From Leptolyngbyaceae cyanobacterium (GTDB lineage Bacteria; Cyanobacteriota; Cyanobacteriia; Phormidesmidales; Phormidesmidaceae), in NCBI GenBank assembly GCA_965263355.1, contig CBDHHL010000056.1, positions 1,952,001 through 2,016,000 on the forward strand: 64,000 bases of DNA, written 5' to 3'. The translations under genes were made by a program, and so were the position numbers. Within the stretch, counting starts at the first letter, position 1. Every line of letters starts with the position of its first letter. The notes under the pieces are model-generated. The model did not search any database and was not told the origin of the DNA. It was given only the letters and a program-made list of their open reading frames with translations. Positions 61,071 to 64,000 of this stretch are shown piece by piece.

Positions 61071-61901
61071 TTACTTTTCAATTAAGCTCACCGCTGCCTG
61101 CTTCACTACCTCTAACAGCTCTAGAGAAAGATGCAAACTGTTAAGGTCAACATCCCCCGCCTTGGGCTTGGGTTGAGGACCATGGTAATCGCTTCCCCCT
61201 GTCATCAATAAGCCATACTGGTCACACAGGTCTTCCAGTACTCGTTCTTCACTGATACTGTGCTGCGGGTGATATACCTCTACACCCATCAGGCCAGCGT
61301 TGACTAATTCGGGCAGTACCTCTTCCACGATACCTCCTTGGAATAGATAGGGATGGGCCCAAACTGGCACTGCGCCACAACTTATCAGAAGTTCGATACC
61401 TTCTTGGGCGGTAAACTTCTCATAGGGCACATAGGCAGGACCATGATCGCCAATAAACCGTTGGAATGCATCCTGTTGAGAGGTGACGTGGCCAGCTGCC
61501 AGCAGCGCATTGGCAATGTGGGGACGACCGGGGGCCATATTGCCAGGCATAGAGGGTAATTCAATGGGAAACCCCAGCTCAGTGAGCTTATCTACCATTT
61601 TCTGTGCCCGACGATGACGGCCCTGAATTCGTTCATTTAAGGGGGCCTCTATCTTTTGCGGATCTGGATAGAAGCCCAGAATATGCATAGACCGCTCGTT
61701 GTAAGTTGTACTTAGTTCGATACCGGGGACAATTTCTAAACCATAGGTTTGGGCAGCACTACGGGCCTCATCCCAACCAGAAATGGTGTCGTGATCAGTG
61801 ATGGCTAACGCCTTTACTCCTTTGGCTGCCGCTCGCTCGACTAGCTTTGTCGGGGTCAAGGTACCGTCTGAAAATGTAGTGTGACAGTGGAGTTCGAGCA
61901 T
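61071..61901 (-). CDS. PHP domain phosphoesterase
   Basis: LHCHTTFSDG, AITDHD, GIELS, GRPHIA, AHP, GGSDYHG. Confidence 0.92.
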   Translation of the reverse strand: MLELHCHTTFSDGTLTPTKLVERAAAKGVKALAITDHDTISGWDEARSAAQTYGLEIVPGIELSTTYNERSMHILGFYPDPQKIEAPLNERIQGRHRRAQKMVDKLTELGFPIELPSMPGNMAPGRPHIANALLAAGHVTSQQDAFQRFIGDHGPAYVPYEKFTAQEGIELLISCGAVPVWAHPYLFQGGIVEEVLPELVNAGLMGVEVYHPQHSISEERVLEDLCDQYGLLMTGGSDYHGPQPKPKAGDVDLNSLHLSLELLEVVKQAAVSLIEK

Positions 61902-61941
61902 AGGGTAAAAGGGGAAAGGAAAGAGGTAAAGGAGTAAGGAC

Positions 61942-61960
61942 GTAGGGTGGGCACGGCCCA
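61942..61960 (+). repeat. GTAG-family REP half-element
   Basis: GTAGGGTGGGCACGGCCCA. Confidence 0.45.
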
Positions 61961-62100
61961 ATAGATTCATCGCCCAACGCTATTTCAATTATGGACAGAT
62001 TTAGATCGTAATGTCCCAGGCAAAAAAATAAGGATTTGTTGATGCAGCCTGGTATTCACTCAATGGTCTGTGTAGGGTATGCATAACCAACACACAACTA

Positions 62101-63042
62101 TCAAATTAATGAACCAACAATCATGCCACCTAATAAAATAAATCCAAGAATGACATTTTGTCGAAAGATGTGCCCATATACATGGGCAGGCTGTCGTTTG
62201 GTTCGCAGCTTACGATAATGGGTAAACCAAATACTACAGGCTATAGCCCAAGTAATTATAAAAGGAGAACCTAAGGCTTTATAAATGCCTAACCACAACA
62301 ACAAAATTGCCGTGCCCATAAACAACAACCCAACGACCTCAGGGGTACTCGACCCAAAAAAGCGCGCACTGGAATTCACTCCCAGCTGCGCATCATACTT
62401 GCGATCAGGAATCGCATAGACTGTATCAAACCCAAGGGTCCAAAGAACCGTTGCCCCCCACAATAGCCAAGCAGGAAGGTCCAACCTGCCAGACACCGCA
62501 CTCCATGGAATCAAAACAGCAAATCCCCAAGCAATGGCTAGGACTAACTGAGGCACAGGAAACACCCGTTTAGCTAGGGGATACAACAGAATAACAGGTG
62601 ATGCTAAAAAACACAGCAAAATACTCAACGGATTGAGATACAGGGCAAAGCCTATGGCACAGAAAAAGGCGACGACTGCAATTCCAATTCCCGTTTTCAC
62701 CGTCAATGCCCGCGAAGCTAGGGGTCGATTTCGCGTCCGCTCCACCTTTGGATCAATATTTCGATCCCATAGATCATTCACCACACAGCCCCCTGCACTC
62801 GTCGCTAGGGTGCCACAGATAATTACCACCAACAGCAGCCAATCAGGCTTACCATCAGCAGCTAAAAAAAGCGCCCATAGAGCTGGAACCATCAAAATCA
62901 GACGGCCTGTAGGTTTATCCCAACGCATCAAGCGGATAACCGTTTTCCAGGTAGGTTCAACAGGTGACGAAGACGGAGCCATGGAGACAGGGAGTTTAGG
63001 TAAGCTAGTTTCTTCTAAGAATATCTTTCCGCTTGTTACCAA
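62101..63042 (-). CDS. plqA: 4-hydroxybenzoate solanesyltransferase (UbiA family, plastoquinone synthesis)
   Basis: LMRWDKPTG, NDLWDRNID..VERTRNRPLAS, YPLAKR, DTVYA..D...D. Confidence 0.9.
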   Translation of the reverse strand: MVTSGKIFLEETSLPKLPVSMAPSSSPVEPTWKTVIRLMRWDKPTGRLILMVPALWALFLAADGKPDWLLLVVIICGTLATSAGGCVVNDLWDRNIDPKVERTRNRPLASRALTVKTGIGIAVVAFFCAIGFALYLNPLSILLCFLASPVILLYPLAKRVFPVPQLVLAIAWGFAVLIPWSAVSGRLDLPAWLLWGATVLWTLGFDTVYAIPDRKYDAQLGVNSSARFFGSSTPEVVGLLFMGTAILLLWLGIYKALGSPFIITWAIACSIWFTHYRKLRTKRQPAHVYGHIFRQNVILGFILLGGMIVGSLI

Positions 63043-63342
63043 GGAAAGGGGGTGCCATCAAGAAAGCAGGGTAAATAAAGCCACCTAGAAAGGTACATCC
63101 CTTAGGAAGCCGCTGAGAGCAGCTAAAAACTCTAAAATGCTTTTCACTTATATTTTTATTTACCAAAACAGTCATTTGATTTAGGCAAGCTGCCTAAATC
63201 ACTCTTCCTAGTCTTCTTTCATCAACTAGTCATTTAGACCATACTTCGTTAAAAGTTCTAAATTTATTAACGCCACATACCTATTGCATTCAATTTAAAT
63301 CTTAGTCATATTTTTACAAAGCACTTGAAGGCACTCCATTAT

Positions 63343-63363
63343 TTATGGTTAAAATAACCATAA
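63343..63363. promoter_or_regulatory. Probable NrtR operator upstream of pncB
   Basis: TTATGGTTAAAATAACCATAA, a 21-bp palindrome with a GT-N7-AC core, 21 bp before the pncB ATG. Confidence 0.6.
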
Positions 63364-63384
63364 ATAACAATAAACTTCCCGATA

Positions 63385-64000
63385 ATGAATGATGCTTCAC
63401 TTCTAATGCAGTCCGATGAGTATGGACTTCTGACTGATTTATACCAACTGACCATGGCGGCCTGCTACGTAGGGGAAGGGCTAGACCAGCGTCGGGCTAG
63501 TTTTGAGTTATTTGTCCGCCGTTTGCCAACGGACTTTGGTTATCTGATCGCAGCAGGACTGGCATCCGCTCTAGATTATCTGGAAAGATTTCAGTTCACA
63601 GCTGAGCAGCTGGCAGCCCTCAAGGCAACGGACATTTTTGTGGGGTCTCCCACAGAGTTCTGGAATCGGTTAGAAACCGGTCAGTTTTCAGGCGACGTGT
63701 GGGCGGTGCCAGAAGGTACGGCTATCTTTGCCCATGAACCGATTTTGCGGGTGGAAGCTCCTCTGTGGCAGGCGCAAATCGTCGAAACCTATTTGCTCAA
63801 TACCATTAACTATCAGACCTTAATTGCCACACGGGCAGCACGGCTAAGAGATGTGGCTGGTCCAGAGTCCACACTACTAGAGTTTGGCACTAGACGAGCC
63901 TTTAGTCCTCAGGCCTCACTGTGGGCCGCACGGGCTGCCTTAGCCGGGGGGTTGGATGCCACTTCCAACGTCCTGGCGGCACTGAAGTTGGGGCGCAAAC
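63385..64000 (+). CDS. pncB: Nicotinate phosphoribosyltransferase (partial, runs off the window)
   Basis: Hand-translated MNDASLLMQSDEYGLLTDLYQLTMAACY...FELFVRRLP...ETYLLN...LLEFGTRRA. Confidence 0.93.
   Translation, partial: MNDASLLMQSDEYGLLTDLYQLTMAACYVGEGLDQRRASFELFVRRLPTDFGYLIAAGLASALDYLERFQFTAEQLAALKATDIFVGSPTEFWNRLETGQFSGDVWAVPEGTAIFAHEPILRVEAPLWQAQIVETYLLNTINYQTLIATRAARLRDVAGPESTLLEFGTRRAFSPQASLWAARAALAGGLDATSNVLAALKLGRK

Overview
Chromosomal window from a cyanobacterium (petN, plqA, desC, frequent HIP1 octamer GCGATCGC); ggtBCD suggests a halotolerant or marine, probably filamentous Leptolyngbya-like strain (inference). Most of it is housekeeping (clpP, rsmB, malic enzyme, clpS, murJ, sfsA, hisG, gyrB, miaA, mutL, pncB). 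The most notable system is a tightly coupled ten-gene minus-strand cluster (23906-33560) encoding a GNAT-like protein, three Rieske oxygenases, a ferritin-like diiron enzyme, a CylC/AurF-type dimetal-carboxylate enzyme, a ferredoxin, a sterol-desaturase-family enzyme, a hexapeptide acyltransferase and a GH3 acyl-amido synthetase, followed by a LuxR-type regulator. It has no PKS/NRPS or carrier protein and its product is unknown. Signals not shown in the ORF track: a tRNA-Arg(CCU) interrupted by a probable group I intron at the left edge, petN, a phased TTTTCCACA DnaA-box array next to sfsA, an attC-like site behind a TIR gene next to a broken glycosyltransferase, a 5'-truncated cryptochrome DASH, a probable AUU start for mutL, an orphan terminator or candidate sRNA upstream of an antiporter, and an NrtR-type operator before pncB. 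Also notable are a stand-alone MshEN (c-di-GMP) protein and an orphan MysA-like cyclase paired with a GT-like protein. All family calls come from motif recognition; no database searches were run.
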